A stretch of DNA of 64,000 nt from Roseibacillus sp. (GCA_965242925.1 CBDEUM010000014.1:512001-576000); one strand, 5' to 3'; positions 8,347-18,638 are shown, counted from the stretch's first letter. A program made the numbers and translations. Notes: a model not told the origin generated them from the letters alone.

Positions 8347-11061
8347 TTACTCCGCCGATCCGATAACCCTGAGATAGAGTTCATCCTGCCCCTCCACGGG
8401 CAGGACAAGGGTGCCTGCCCTGTTGTCCTGGGAAAATACTGCTCCGGGCGCCGCACTCCAGTTCTGGAGATCGGGCGAGATTTCCAGTCCGTAACTCCAC
8501 CCGTCCTGGGCGGCAAAGCCCACCGTCAGGTCCCCCCCGACCACTCTGATCTCCAGGGGCCCAACCTCCGCGGGCCTGGTGATGGGTCCGACATCGAAGG
8601 AGAACCACGCCACTCCGCCAGCCGCGTCCGCGCCGTCAAGCACCGCAGTCGCCGAGCCCACGACATCAAGACCATCGGAGAAGTTGAGAACGATCTCCCC
8701 GGAGTCGCCCCCACCGGCAACAGCAAAACCGGAAGCCCCGAAGGTGGTGTTGTATGCGCTGACCGCAACGTAGTAGGTCCCTTCCGCCAGGCTTTGAACA
8801 ACCAGTTCGCTCTGGAATCCATCTCCCGCATCATCGTTGTTATCAAGGAGGTTGCCCGCGGCATCATAGAGGCCCATTTCGGTGTCTCCCGGGGCCGAGC
8901 CGAAGGTGTTAAGGGTGAGGACCCTGGTATCGGCCACGCTGATCCCGAGATCATCCGCGGTCGGCGTGACCACGACGGGCGGTGCTGCTTCGATTTCGAA
9001 GAAGAACCACGCCACTCCGTCAGCCGCATCCGCGACGTCAAGGGAAGCAGTCACCGAGCCCACGACATCAAGGCCATCGGAGAAGTTGAGAACGATCTCC
9101 CCGGATTCTCCCCCACCGGAAACAGCAAACCCGGAAGCCCCGAAGGTGGTGTCGTATGCGCTGACGGCAACGTAGTAGGCCCCTTGAGTCAGGTTTTGAA
9201 CAACCAGTTCGCTCTGACCTCCACCTCCCGCATCATCGTTTTCAGCAAGGAGATTGCCCGCGGCATCATAGAGACCCATTTCCGTGTTTCCAATCTCCGA
9301 ACCGGAGGTGTCAAGGGTGAGGACACTGGTATCGTCCCCGAGGATTCCGAGATCATCCGCAACCGGGATGACAGGCAGGACTCCGATTTCGAAGGTAAAC
9401 CACGCCACTCCACCAACACCATCCCCACCGTCAATGGAAACAGTCCTTGAGCCGACGACGGCACCGCCATCGGAGAAGTTGAGGAGGATCTCTCCGGAAT
9501 TGTCCCCACCAGAAACGTCAAAATTGTCACCGAACGCAGTGTTGTATGTACTGACCGCAACGTAGTAGGTCCCTTCGGGCAGGCCGAGCATCAGTTGGCT
9601 CTGGACCGTGCCTGGCGCGTCATCGTTGTTATCAAGGAGTTCGCCCGTGGCGAAATAGCACGCCATTTCCGTGTCCGACCAAGCTGAGCCGAAGGTATCC
9701 AGGAAGACGAGACCGCTACCGTCCCCGATGATCCCGAGATCGACCGCAGTAGTCGGCGTGTTCAATACGAACTCACTGAGGTCCAGGGTGAAGTCGAAGG
9801 TAGCGCTCAGCCCCGTGCCATAAGCATCGACACTCAGGTAGTAGGTCCCAGCAGAGAGAACACCAAAAGATGCCGTCTGGGGCACATCACCGTCGAGATA
9901 GGCCGAGGCCAAGGCTCCGGTGGCCCTCCGAAACCCGGCGTTGTCGGCGGTCTCCAGGCTATCGAGAAGGAAGGTATCGGGATCGCCAACAATTGCGTCG
10001 GAGGTCAACGTCACCACCAGATCCTCATCGATGGCAAACTGGTAGACCCACTCGTTACTTTGCCAGCTAGTTGATTCTGAGGTATAACCTTGGGCGTTGT
10101 CTGCACCAGCAGCGGTGTCTCCCACCAAGCTAACTGCGCCAACTCCGAGCGTTCCAAGATCCTCGTTCACAACCAGTCCGGGGGCCTGGGCGCCGGGATC
10201 GGTGGGATCGGTGGGATCGGTCCCTCCAAGAAACTCCTCCAGGTTGGTCTGTCCGTCTTCGTCAAAATCCTCATCCTCGAACCAGTAGAGCTCACCGAAG
10301 TAATCGAATTCCCACTGGTCGGTCATCCCGTCCTTGTCGACGTCGGTAACCGAGGTCGAGAAGTAGTTGTCGAAAGTGGCATCGGTGGCTCCCGAATCGG
10401 TCGAGGAGATGCAGACAAGCCCGCAGGTTCCCGAGGGATAAGAGAGGTCGAACCCCGGCACCCTGACGAGCGGGTTCTCAAGGTCGTCGATCGCAAAAAT
10501 CTCCCCGCAGAGCTGCCCTTCGAAGGTCTCCGCATCAAAAAATCCCTGGAGCACAAAGCGGTAACTTTGCCCTGGCACGAGAATCACGGGCGAGGAGCTC
10601 AGGGTGGTGGTCTGCTCCCCGGTTACCACCGAAAGGTAGGCGCCCTCCGGACCAGTGTCGTAGGTGAAAGCGTAGCCGTTGGTCGTTCCCAAACCGACCG
10701 AGCGCAGGGAGCCCAGCAATCCGATGTCCTGGCTCAGGGCGGGGTCCCAGTCCACAAGATCCACCTCCACCCGGAAGGCCTCATAGACGGTACCTTCCTG
10801 ACCGGATCCGGCCCGGCCAGCGCCCAGCTGCTCGGGAAGGGGTGAAGCCGCGGATTGGATCCGGTAGCTGTTGCCGTTCGGAAACGAGAAGGTCGCCGGG
10901 GCCCCCAAGTCCTGCAATGGCAGGTAGCGCGACCAGCCTGCATCATTGCCGTCGTTGAAATCATCCTCGATGACCTGGGCTGAAAGAAACGGAGCGCCAA
11001 GACAAAGAGCTGCGGAGAGAAGGAGAGATGGGGTGGCAATCGAGTTTTCCATGGGCTTCAT
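8347..11061 (-). CDS. Secreted acidic multidomain protein: N-terminal beta-sandwich, DxDxDG motifs, PPC/DVUA0089-like repeats, C-terminal S-x-D-L-x-x-W module
   Basis: 904-aa ORF with signal peptide; DVDKDGMTD and DFDEDGQTNLEEF motifs; three tandem ~130-aa repeats (DTEM.LYD..GNLL..NDDA...QS.L....L..GTYYVAVSAY). N- and C-termini are paralogous to 11305..12402. Confidence 0.85.
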   Translation of the reverse strand: MKPMENSIATPSLLLSAALCLGAPFLSAQVIEDDFNDGNDAGWSRYLPLQDLGAPATFSFPNGNSYRIQSAASPLPEQLGAGRAGSGQEGTVYEAFRVEVDLVDWDPALSQDIGLLGSLRSVGLGTTNGYAFTYDTGPEGAYLSVVTGEQTTTLSSSPVILVPGQSYRFVLQGFFDAETFEGQLCGEIFAIDDLENPLVRVPGFDLSYPSGTCGLVCISSTDSGATDATFDNYFSTSVTDVDKDGMTDQWEFDYFGELYWFEDEDFDEDGQTNLEEFLGGTDPTDPTDPGAQAPGLVVNEDLGTLGVGAVSLVGDTAAGADNAQGYTSESTSWQSNEWVYQFAIDEDLVVTLTSDAIVGDPDTFLLDSLETADNAGFRRATGALASAYLDGDVPQTASFGVLSAGTYYLSVDAYGTGLSATFDFTLDLSEFVLNTPTTAVDLGIIGDGSGLVFLDTFGSAWSDTEMACYFATGELLDNNDDAPGTVQSQLMLGLPEGTYYVAVSTYNTAFGDNFDVSGGDNSGEILLNFSDGGAVVGSRTVSIDGGDGVGGVAWFTFEIGVLPVIPVADDLGILGDDTSVLTLDTSGSEIGNTEMGLYDAAGNLLAENDDAGGGGQSELVVQNLTQGAYYVAVSAYDTTFGASGFAVSGGGESGEIVLNFSDGLDVVGSVTASLDVADAADGVAWFFFEIEAAPPVVVTPTADDLGISVADTRVLTLNTFGSAPGDTEMGLYDAAGNLLDNNDDAGDGFQSELVVQSLAEGTYYVAVSAYNTTFGASGFAVAGGGDSGEIVLNFSDGLDVVGSATAVLDGADAAGGVAWFSFDVGPITRPAEVGPLEIRVVGGDLTVGFAAQDGWSYGLEISPDLQNWSAAPGAVFSQDNRAGTLVLPVEGQDELYLRVIGSAE
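8595..9750 (-). repeat. Three tandem intragenic repeats of ~400 bp
   Basis: AGAACCACGCCACTCC occurs at 8601 and 9003 (period 402 nt), with a more diverged copy at ~9398; long near-identical DNA stretches between the copies. Confidence 0.88.
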
Positions 11062-11189
11062 GATGGGGTCTTTCAGGGAATAATGGAAGCAGGGTTGATG
11101 ACAAGCAAAGAACTTGTCTCGGGGCTTTCCTCCAGTTTCCAGGAGTCAGCCCCTACCTGTCGGCCCGGAAGGGTCCCCCGTCAACATTC

Positions 11190-11301
11190 CAGCCCGGGAC
11201 GGAACCTCTGGTGACTGCCCGGTATGCGCAGTGGCCCAAGGAGCACGGGGTGGGGCCCTGTGGTTCGGGGTCTCCAGGCCCGGAACCGGCAGAAGAAGTA
11301 A
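11190..11301 (+). pseudogene. Degenerate duplicate of the 3' end of the 6619..8343 sulfatase gene
   Basis: 11212..11301 aligns by eye with 8255..8343 (about 16 mismatches plus one inserted base over ~90 nt) and ends in the equivalent TAA. Confidence 0.8.
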
Positions 11302-11304
11302 GCG

Positions 11305-12402
11305 TCACTGCTGCGAGCCAACGACCCTGAAATAGAGCTCCTCCTGCCCAACCACCGGCAGGTCAAAGGCCGCCGCGCCGAACGGGCGCTTGGTCGGCTC
11401 CACAGAAAAAACCGCCCCGGGTGCAGAACTCCAGTTCTGGAGATCGGACGAGGTTTCCAACTCGTAACTCCACCCGACATGCCAGGTAAAGCCCACCGTC
11501 AGTTCTCCATTGGCCATCCTGACGTCCAGGGCCCCAATATCCACGGAGCCAGAGAGGGAATTAGGATCGGTGGGATCGCTTCCTCCAACAAACTCCTCCA
11601 GGTTGGCCTGCCCGTCTTCGTCGAAATCCTCCTCCGCGAACCAGTAAAGCTCACCGAAGTACTCGAATTCCCACTGGTCGGCCATTCCATCCTTGTCGAC
11701 ATCGGTCTCCGAGCTGGAGCGGTAATTATCAAAGGTCGCATCGGTCCTTCCCGTATCGGTGATGGAATTGGTAAAGACCCCGCAGGTCCCCGAAGGATAG
11801 TCGAAATTGGAACCAAAAACCGTGGCAAGCGGAGTCTCCAGGTCGTTGAGGGAGAAAATCTCTCCGCAGAGCTGCCCATAGAACTCCTCTACGTCGAAGA
11901 ATCCCTGGAACACCATCCGGTATCTCTGTCCCGGGATGAGGGTTACCGAAGCGGAGCCAAGGGAATTCGGCTGCTCCCCGCTTAGGACTGAGATAAAAAG
12001 CGCCTCCTCCTCGGTGGTATAGCTATAGCTGAAGGCATACCCGTTGGTGGTCCCCGGCCCCACCTCCCCCAGAGACCCCAGCACCCCAATGTCCTGTTCG
12101 AGACCGTTATTCCAAGCAACAAGGTCCACCTCGACCCGGAACGCCTCATAGACGGTACTGGCACGATGAGCTCCTGCCCGGGCCGGACCGGCGAGGTCCG
12201 CATTAGGAGACGGTGGAGACTGGATCCGGTAACGGCTCCCCCCAGGGAAAGAGAAGGTGGCAGGAGCCCCGAGGGCTGCCAGCGGGGCATACCGCTCCCA
12301 CCCGGAATCGTTCCCATCATTGAAGTCATCCTCGATGACCTGTGCGGATAGAACCGGCGCCACGAGAGCCGGGATGAGGAAGTTACGGAGAGCCGGTTTC
12401 AT
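11305..12402 (-). CDS. Secreted protein, short paralog of 8347..11061 lacking the central repeat cassette
   Basis: Signal peptide then AQVIEDDFNDGND as in the paralog; co-linear to GGSDPTDP, then directly the C-terminal YELETSSDLQNW..ELYFRV module. Confidence 0.87.
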   Translation of the reverse strand: MKPALRNFLIPALVAPVLSAQVIEDDFNDGNDSGWERYAPLAALGAPATFSFPGGSRYRIQSPPSPNADLAGPARAGAHRASTVYEAFRVEVDLVAWNNGLEQDIGVLGSLGEVGPGTTNGYAFSYSYTTEEEALFISVLSGEQPNSLGSASVTLIPGQRYRMVFQGFFDVEEFYGQLCGEIFSLNDLETPLATVFGSNFDYPSGTCGVFTNSITDTGRTDATFDNYRSSSETDVDKDGMADQWEFEYFGELYWFAEEDFDEDGQANLEEFVGGSDPTDPNSLSGSVDIGALDVRMANGELTVGFTWHVGWSYELETSSDLQNWSSAPGAVFSVEPTKRPFGAAAFDLPVVGQEELYFRVVGSQQ

Positions 12403-12459
12403 GTCTGAAAATCGGGCAGGCTTGGCTATTTAATGAGAGCTCGATGGCATGCAACCGGC

Positions 12460-13743
12460 TTACTCCGGAGCTTCCTTCAGGTTCCGACTTACGAATGCCA
12501 GGTAATGTTTCCAGTCCCCGGGAGTCACATCGTGTTTGCCGGTCCGGAGGTGATACCCCGTCACCCTCCCGACACTCCGATCCGGAGCGGGGTGACTGGT
12601 GACCCCGAGGGAAGACTTGTGGTAGAGATCGTAAACCGGCTGGGCGTGAAGCACGCTGAGAAATTCGCCCCGGGGATCGGCCCAGCGATCCTCGGTGGCA
12701 CTGGCCACGTAAACCGCCCGGGGAGCGATGAGGGCAAGCAGCTGATGCTGGTCGAAGGGCAGGGCCTTTTCATTCTCATTGTACTTCTTGAAGTTGCCAT
12801 TGAACCAGTGGGGGAAGGACCGGTTGATGCGGCCTACCGTCTCGCCATAGGCCCGTTTGCTCAGGGCCGCTCCTCCGCAACCGGAATTGTTGGAAATCAC
12901 CGCCTTGAAGCGCTGGTCGGTCGCCCCGGCCCAGAGCGAGGTCTTGCCCAGTCGCGAGTGCCCGATCACCGCAACCCGTTTTGCGTCAACCTCCTCAATC
13001 TCCTCCAGCGTATCAAGAAGACGGCTCAACCCCCAGGCCCAGGCCGAGACGGTCCCCCATTCATCAGGCTTTGGCTCTCCCTTGGTGAAGAGCGGATGCA
13101 CCCCGTTCTTCCATCCATCGTGAAAATCAGGATCGATATTGCCACAGCAGGCGGTGGCTACCGCGAAGCCCGCATCCAGGATCATGCCAACGGGCCAGCG
13201 GCCCGCCGCGCTCCCCCGTAAAGCCTCTGCCTGCGCCTTGCGGTCTTCCCCCTTCCGGGACCCCACCACGTAACCCAGTTCCGGGGTGATTCGCGGGTCT
13301 TTCTCGACGCACTGGTTGCCACGGAAGTTCAGTCCGAGAAAGGCGGGCACTGGCCCCTTCGCATTCTTCGGCACGTAAAGAAGCATCCGGACCTGCGGTC
13401 CCTTGCCCTCCACGAAACTCACGAGGTATTCTCGGCGAATGGCCTTCCCCCCGACCGCGTCGGGAACTTCCTTGTCGAGGACCACCTTGAACCCTGACGG
13501 TTTGCCGACCGGCATACGCCCGTACATCTGCTCCTCGATGAGTTTGAGAGTGGCCGGACGACCCTTCTCTTCCCACTCCCTGGCTGACCTGATCCTGCCG
13601 CCCCCCGGCAGGGCGAGAGGATCCGGGAGTTTGATACCGGGCACCTTGCCCTCGTCATAGTTGGCCACGTATTTCTGTCCCTCTGCTGCCCCCCCCAGCC
13701 CGGCGAGCACAGTTGCAAGCAAGGTGAAGCGAGCAAGTTGCAT
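12460..13743 (-). CDS. CE15-family (glucuronoyl esterase-like) carbohydrate esterase
   Basis: Signal peptide; NYDE..LPDPL, AWAWGLSR, nucleophile motif GHSRLGK, SGCGGAAL, LPFDQHQLLALIAPR, WADPRGE. Confidence 0.88.
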   Translation of the reverse strand: MQLARFTLLATVLAGLGGAAEGQKYVANYDEGKVPGIKLPDPLALPGGGRIRSAREWEEKGRPATLKLIEEQMYGRMPVGKPSGFKVVLDKEVPDAVGGKAIRREYLVSFVEGKGPQVRMLLYVPKNAKGPVPAFLGLNFRGNQCVEKDPRITPELGYVVGSRKGEDRKAQAEALRGSAAGRWPVGMILDAGFAVATACCGNIDPDFHDGWKNGVHPLFTKGEPKPDEWGTVSAWAWGLSRLLDTLEEIEEVDAKRVAVIGHSRLGKTSLWAGATDQRFKAVISNNSGCGGAALSKRAYGETVGRINRSFPHWFNGNFKKYNENEKALPFDQHQLLALIAPRAVYVASATEDRWADPRGEFLSVLHAQPVYDLYHKSSLGVTSHPAPDRSVGRVTGYHLRTGKHDVTPGDWKHYLAFVSRNLKEAPE

Positions 13744-13870
13744 ACTGGCACGCTAGCGCGGCCCCGGATCCGGGGGCAAGCAGGAATCCCCCCATCCCCT
13801 CCCCGCAGAAACGACCATCCTCCCGGCTCCCGCCCACAGGGTGAACTTGCGCAAGCTCCCCCGAAAGCCG

Positions 13871-15439
13871 CTACCGCTCGGTGGAAAGTGTCCAGCTGTC
13901 GGTGCGGAAGAGCGAGGCCGGCAGCCCCGCTGCATTGACCAGGTTGGCTCCCTCCGGGTTTGAGGCCCAGGCGTAACGAACCGCCACCGGCTCGGGAACC
14001 TCCTCGCTGGAAACCAGCACCGCTTCGCCATCAATCACGGCCTTGCCCCAGTGCCACACCTGGTCCTTGCCCGCGATTTCGAAGCGCCCTGGCTCCCCGC
14101 CATCACAGGTCTTCACCCCTTCCGCATATTCGAAGGAGATGCGAACCTTGCTGCCTTCGACCTTGAAATCCCGGTAGAGGGGCCCGCTGACCACCACGTC
14201 CTTACGGCCATACTCGTTGGCAAGAGCCCAACGCGCCAGGCGTTCGCCGACATCTTTCTTGTTGCGGGGGTGGATGTCTCCGGCCGCTCCAATATCGTTG
14301 ATCACGGCCATCCCGGTATTGGGCAACCGCAACGCGAGCCGCTGCGCATTCTGCAGTTCCGCCCACGAACTCGCCTGTCCGGGCCTGCCGGTCGGCCTCC
14401 GGAAATTGGCCAGTTGCACGAAATAAAATGGCAGCTCCCTCTTCCACTGCTTGCGCCAGTCCTGGATGAGAAGAGGAAAGATCGTTTCATACTCCTTGGC
14501 GCGACCTGCATTGGACTCCCCCTGGTACCAGATGACCCCTTTCATGGCATAACCCGCCCAGGGATGAATCATCCCGTTGTAAATGGCCCCCGAGCGCTTC
14601 GGACTCAGGGCCGGGGGACTGGGCTTCTGGGGTTTCCGGGGGAGCTTCTTTCTCTTCTTGGGATCTTTTTCCGCCCGGTTGGCCTTCCGGATATTTTCCC
14701 AGCCTTCCAGTTTTTTTTCGTACTGCGCCACGGCCCGGCCCAGATCGAAACGCCTCGTCTCGGCCTCCAGCTTTTGGACGAGGGCCCGCCCTTCCGGCTT
14801 GCTCATCAACGTTTCCCGGCTCGTGAAAGCCTCCGATGGCTTGCCGCCCCACGCCGTCCGGATAATCCCTACCGGAACTCCCACCTCAGCATGCAGCTTC
14901 AGTGCGAAATAGTATCCCACCGCCGAAAACTTGCCGGCGTTCTGCGGGGTGGTCACGTTCCACTCGCCTCCCACCCGCCGCCGTGGACTGGCCGCCGTTA
15001 CCAGGTCCGTCAGGAACATTCGGATGGCGGGATGGTCCGCCTTGGGAATATCCTGCTTGGCCCGCTCAGTGGACGAAAGTGCCCACTGCATGTTGGACTG
15101 CCCCGAGGCCATCCACACCTCCCCCACCAGCAGGTCGGGCACTCTCAAACGGCCGCTCTCCGTTCCCGTCACCTCGAGGACCTGGCCGCTTGCACTGGCC
15201 TTGAGAGCATCGAGCTCCACCCGCCAGTTTCCCTTGTCGTCCGCTGTCGTCTGCTTTGACTGCCCCGCAAAGGTCACGTTAACCAGCTCCCCGGCCTTGC
15301 CCCAGCCCCACACAGGCACCGCCTCTTCCCGCTGCAACACCGCGTGGCGGCCGAACATGGCAGGCAGTTCGATCCCTGAAACCACGGGCACTTTCAGGCA
15401 CAGGACGGCGGGGATCAGAAGCGCTGAGTGCATTCTCAT
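13871..15439 (-). CDS. Sialate O-acetylesterase-like (SASA, SGNH) carbohydrate esterase
   Basis: VLQR..PVWGW, GEVWMASGQSNM, WYQGESNA, DIHPRNK, PVAVRYAW, LPASLFRTD. Confidence 0.9.
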   Translation of the reverse strand: MRMHSALLIPAVLCLKVPVVSGIELPAMFGRHAVLQREEAVPVWGWGKAGELVNVTFAGQSKQTTADDKGNWRVELDALKASASGQVLEVTGTESGRLRVPDLLVGEVWMASGQSNMQWALSSTERAKQDIPKADHPAIRMFLTDLVTAASPRRRVGGEWNVTTPQNAGKFSAVGYYFALKLHAEVGVPVGIIRTAWGGKPSEAFTSRETLMSKPEGRALVQKLEAETRRFDLGRAVAQYEKKLEGWENIRKANRAEKDPKKRKKLPRKPQKPSPPALSPKRSGAIYNGMIHPWAGYAMKGVIWYQGESNAGRAKEYETIFPLLIQDWRKQWKRELPFYFVQLANFRRPTGRPGQASSWAELQNAQRLALRLPNTGMAVINDIGAAGDIHPRNKKDVGERLARWALANEYGRKDVVVSGPLYRDFKVEGSKVRISFEYAEGVKTCDGGEPGRFEIAGKDQVWHWGKAVIDGEAVLVSSEEVPEPVAVRYAWASNPEGANLVNAAGLPASLFRTDSWTLSTER

Positions 15440-15566
15440 CGTCTCCGCCTACGTTCATCTGTCCCCCTCTCGATCACAAAACGCCTCTAATTAGGACAAC
15501 CAAAGGATAAATCTCGATATTTTTGAGCTGCACGCCTCGTTTTTATTACGCTATCCTCAACCCGAT

Positions 15567-17024
15567 ATGAGCTTATCGAACAGACGCCGTTTTATGGCAC
15601 AAACCGCCGCCGCCGGGGCTGCCCCCCTGATCATCGGCACGAAATCTTCCGCACAAGTCAAGGGAGCCAACGACCGGCTCCGGATCGCCGTTGCCGGATT
15701 GAACGGTCGCGGAGGCTCGCACATCGGGGGCTTCGGCGGCATCAAGGGTGTCGAAATTGCCTACGTAGCGGATCCTGATGCCAATGTCCGTGGCCGCCGA
15801 CTCAAGGATGTTCAAGGCAAGGGACACAAGAACTGCAAGGCCGTGGCCGACATTCGGGAAGCCCTTGAAGACCCCGAGGTGGACGCCATCTCGGTGGCCG
15901 CTCCCAACCACTGGCACTCCCTCATGACTATCTGGGGAGCTCAGGCGGGCAAGCATGTCTACGTCGAGAAGCCCATGAGCCACGATGTCGAGGAAGGGCG
16001 CGTCGCGGTGGCGGCCCAGAAGAAATACGGCGTCGTCATCCAACACGGCACCCAGCGTCGCAGCGATGGCAACATCGCAGGCCTGCACGAAATGATCAAG
16101 GAAGGCACCTGGGGCAAGCTCAAGATCGCCTACGGCTACTGCTGCAAGCCACGCGGAGGCATCGGCAACAAGGGAGCGTCTTCCCCGCCGGAGAACCTCG
16201 ACTGGGATCTCTGGAAGGGGCCCGCTGTCATCGATCAATTCCACCCCAACTTCGTTCACTACAACTGGCACTGGTTCTGGAAGACGGGCAATGGGGATCT
16301 CAACAACCAGGGCACCCACCAGCTCGACGTCGCCCGCTGGGCCATTGACAACGACCAGACCCATCCCGTCCGGGCCATGGCCATTGGTGGACGCTTCCAA
16401 TGGAAGGACCAGGGCGAGACTCCCAACAGCATGTTCGGGATCGCCCAGTACCCCAACGGTCAGTATTGCTTCTTCAACGTGCGCAACGTCAACTACAACG
16501 GCTACCAGCATCAGGTGAAAAACGAGTATTACTTTGAGGATGGTGGCCGCATCATGTCCGACACCAACCCGCACTACTTCAAGCCCGGCAGCGACAAGGG
16601 TGAGAAAATCAAGGTCAAGGGCGGCAAGGTCACCCCGGGTGGCAACTGGGCCAGTTTCGTAGCTGCCTGCCGTGCCAATGATCCCAAGATGGCGAACGGG
16701 GACGTGCACGACGCCCACTATGGGTGCGTCCTGGGCCATCTCATGAACAACTCCTACCGCCTCGGCAAGAAGGTCCCCTTCAACAAGAAGGCCGGTCGCT
16801 TCGGCGATAACAAGGACGCCGCGGAACACTTCGGCGCTCTCCACGATGTCATGGAGAAGGGTTGCAAGATCCCCGTCGACAAGGAGAACTACATCGTCGG
16901 CCCCTGGCTCACCTTTGATCCGAAGACCGAGCAACACACCGGCGAACACGCGGCCGAAGCCAACGCCCTCCTCAAGGATCCCAACAACAAGGGCTTCGAA
17001 GTCCCCGACGCAGCGAAGGTGTAG
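15567..17024 (+). CDS. Gfo/Idh/MocA family oxidoreductase with Tat signal
   Basis: SNRRRFM twin-arginine leader; GLNGRG Rossmann motif, APNHWH, HVYVEKP, HGTQRRS, LDWDLWKGPA, NQGTHQLD. Confidence 0.92.
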   Translation: MSLSNRRRFMAQTAAAGAAPLIIGTKSSAQVKGANDRLRIAVAGLNGRGGSHIGGFGGIKGVEIAYVADPDANVRGRRLKDVQGKGHKNCKAVADIREALEDPEVDAISVAAPNHWHSLMTIWGAQAGKHVYVEKPMSHDVEEGRVAVAAQKKYGVVIQHGTQRRSDGNIAGLHEMIKEGTWGKLKIAYGYCCKPRGGIGNKGASSPPENLDWDLWKGPAVIDQFHPNFVHYNWHWFWKTGNGDLNNQGTHQLDVARWAIDNDQTHPVRAMAIGGRFQWKDQGETPNSMFGIAQYPNGQYCFFNVRNVNYNGYQHQVKNEYYFEDGGRIMSDTNPHYFKPGSDKGEKIKVKGGKVTPGGNWASFVAACRANDPKMANGDVHDAHYGCVLGHLMNNSYRLGKKVPFNKKAGRFGDNKDAAEHFGALHDVMEKGCKIPVDKENYIVGPWLTFDPKTEQHTGEHAAEANALLKDPNNKGFEVPDAAKV

Positions 17025-17081
17025 CTCATGGCGGCCCCGGCCCGGGTCAGTCCCTGACGGCCGTCGTCCGAGAGAGCATTC

Positions 17082-17115
17082 AAAAGCGCGGGAGGGCACT
17101 CCCGCGCCTTTTTTT
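17082..17115. terminator. Intrinsic terminator, probably bidirectional
   Basis: AAAA-GCGCGGGAG-GGCA-CTCCCGCGC-C-TTTTTTT: 9-bp stem, GNRA loop, T-run on + and A-run on the other side, between convergent genes. Confidence 0.88.
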
Positions 17116-17132
17116 GTCCTGGCCGCGGAGTG

Positions 17133-18494
17133 CTACCGCCTGACTGGCCATTCCCGCGACTTCGTGCGGGAACTTTCCATCAGCTCCCGCATCTTCTCCA
17201 CCATATCGGGATGAGTATCCGCCACATCACTCGCTTCCCCCGGGTCCGCATCCAGATCATGGAGCCGCAGCGGATTGCCGGGGCCTTCCCGAATCGCTTT
17301 CCAGTTCCTCCACCGCACCGCCTGCTGGAATCCGCGCTCGTGGAACTCCCAGTAGAAGTGCCGGTCCCTTTGCGCAAGCTGCTCTCCCGCCAGGGCGGAC
17401 CATACGTCGATTCCGTCGAGACCTTCAGGGCATTGTTCCCCGGCCAGGCAGGCGAAGGTCGGGAGCACGTCGGCAAACCACCAGGGCTCCTCACTCACCC
17501 GGTCCACCGGGACAGTCCCTTTCCAGCGCACGATCATCGGTACGCGCAACCCTCCCTCGGCGAGATCCCGCTTGCGCCCCCGGAGGGGCCCTGAGCTGTC
17601 AAAGCGTCCCTCCCACCGCTCGGCCGCCCCGTTGTCGGAGCAGAAGAAGACCACCGTCTTCTCGCTGAGGGAAAGTTCGTCCAGCAGGTCGAGCAGGCGC
17701 CCCACATCACGATCGAGCCGGGAAACCATGGCCGCATGCGACATCTCGTTTTTCTTCCACCCCCGGCCCTTGTAGCCATGGTTCCCTGGGGGGAACTGGT
17801 ACCTGGAGTGGGGCACGCAATAGGGAAGGTAGAGAAAGAACTTCCGGTCGTGGTTACGGCGCACAAAGTCGAGCGCGAATTCCGTGAAGAGATCGTGCGT
17901 GTATTGCTCTTCCCCGCCTCCGTTATTGCCCGGGAGAGCCACCTTCTCGCGGCCGCGCCAGAGGTAGTCGGCATAGTGGTTGTGGGCACGTCGCTGGTTG
18001 AGGAAACCGAACCAGTGATCAAATCCCTGTGCCTTGGGATGCCCGGTGGTGCCCGGTTCCCCTAGTCCCCACTTACCGGTCATCCCGGTGAGGTAGCCCG
18101 CTTCCTTGAGCACCTCGGCGACCGTGACATCCTCGGTTCGCAGGGGAACGCGGCCCTTCCCTCCGCCCAGGCCCTTCACCCCGCCGACTCCGAAGTTGCC
18201 CCGCACGGTGGTGTGTCCGGTGTGCTTGCCGGTCATGAGGACGCTGCGCGAAGGGGCGCAAACGGTGGACCCTGCGTAACACTGGGTGAACCGGATTCCT
18301 TCCTCCGCCATGCGGTCAAGACGCGGGGTCCGGATCACCTTCTGTCCGTAGCACCCGAGATCGCCGTAGCCCAGGTCATCCGCCATGATGAAGATGATGC
18401 TGGGGGCCTCCGCAGGGCGGGCGGCAGCACCAACTGCCCCGGGCAGCCAGGAAAGGGCAGAGAGGAACAATGCTGCTCGCAGGCGGAACTTCAT
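17133..18494 (-). CDS. Arylsulfatase
   Basis: Start MKFRL at 18494 with signal peptide; IIFIMADDLG, CAPSR, GKWGLG, SDNG, EGGLRVP. Confidence 0.92.
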   Translation of the reverse strand: MKFRLRAALFLSALSWLPGAVGAAARPAEAPSIIFIMADDLGYGDLGCYGQKVIRTPRLDRMAEEGIRFTQCYAGSTVCAPSRSVLMTGKHTGHTTVRGNFGVGGVKGLGGGKGRVPLRTEDVTVAEVLKEAGYLTGMTGKWGLGEPGTTGHPKAQGFDHWFGFLNQRRAHNHYADYLWRGREKVALPGNNGGGEEQYTHDLFTEFALDFVRRNHDRKFFLYLPYCVPHSRYQFPPGNHGYKGRGWKKNEMSHAAMVSRLDRDVGRLLDLLDELSLSEKTVVFFCSDNGAAERWEGRFDSSGPLRGRKRDLAEGGLRVPMIVRWKGTVPVDRVSEEPWWFADVLPTFACLAGEQCPEGLDGIDVWSALAGEQLAQRDRHFYWEFHERGFQQAVRWRNWKAIREGPGNPLRLHDLDADPGEASDVADTHPDMVEKMRELMESSRTKSREWPVRR

Positions 18495-18638
18495 GAGACG
18501 GGGACCGTTCCAGATGCCCCCGGCTCTGGCCATGCCAAATCCAGGCTAAATACGGACCATCGCCTCCCGCGGCGGGGTCAGTCTTCCCACCGCAATCGAG
18601 CAACAAGCGAAGCAGGGGAGGCCCTGGGGAATTGATCC

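Noticed and set aside
8233..12402. Diversity-generating retroelement (template/variable repeat) explanation for the duplicated segments
   Set aside because: Mismatches are not adenine-specific and no reverse transcriptase is present in the window.
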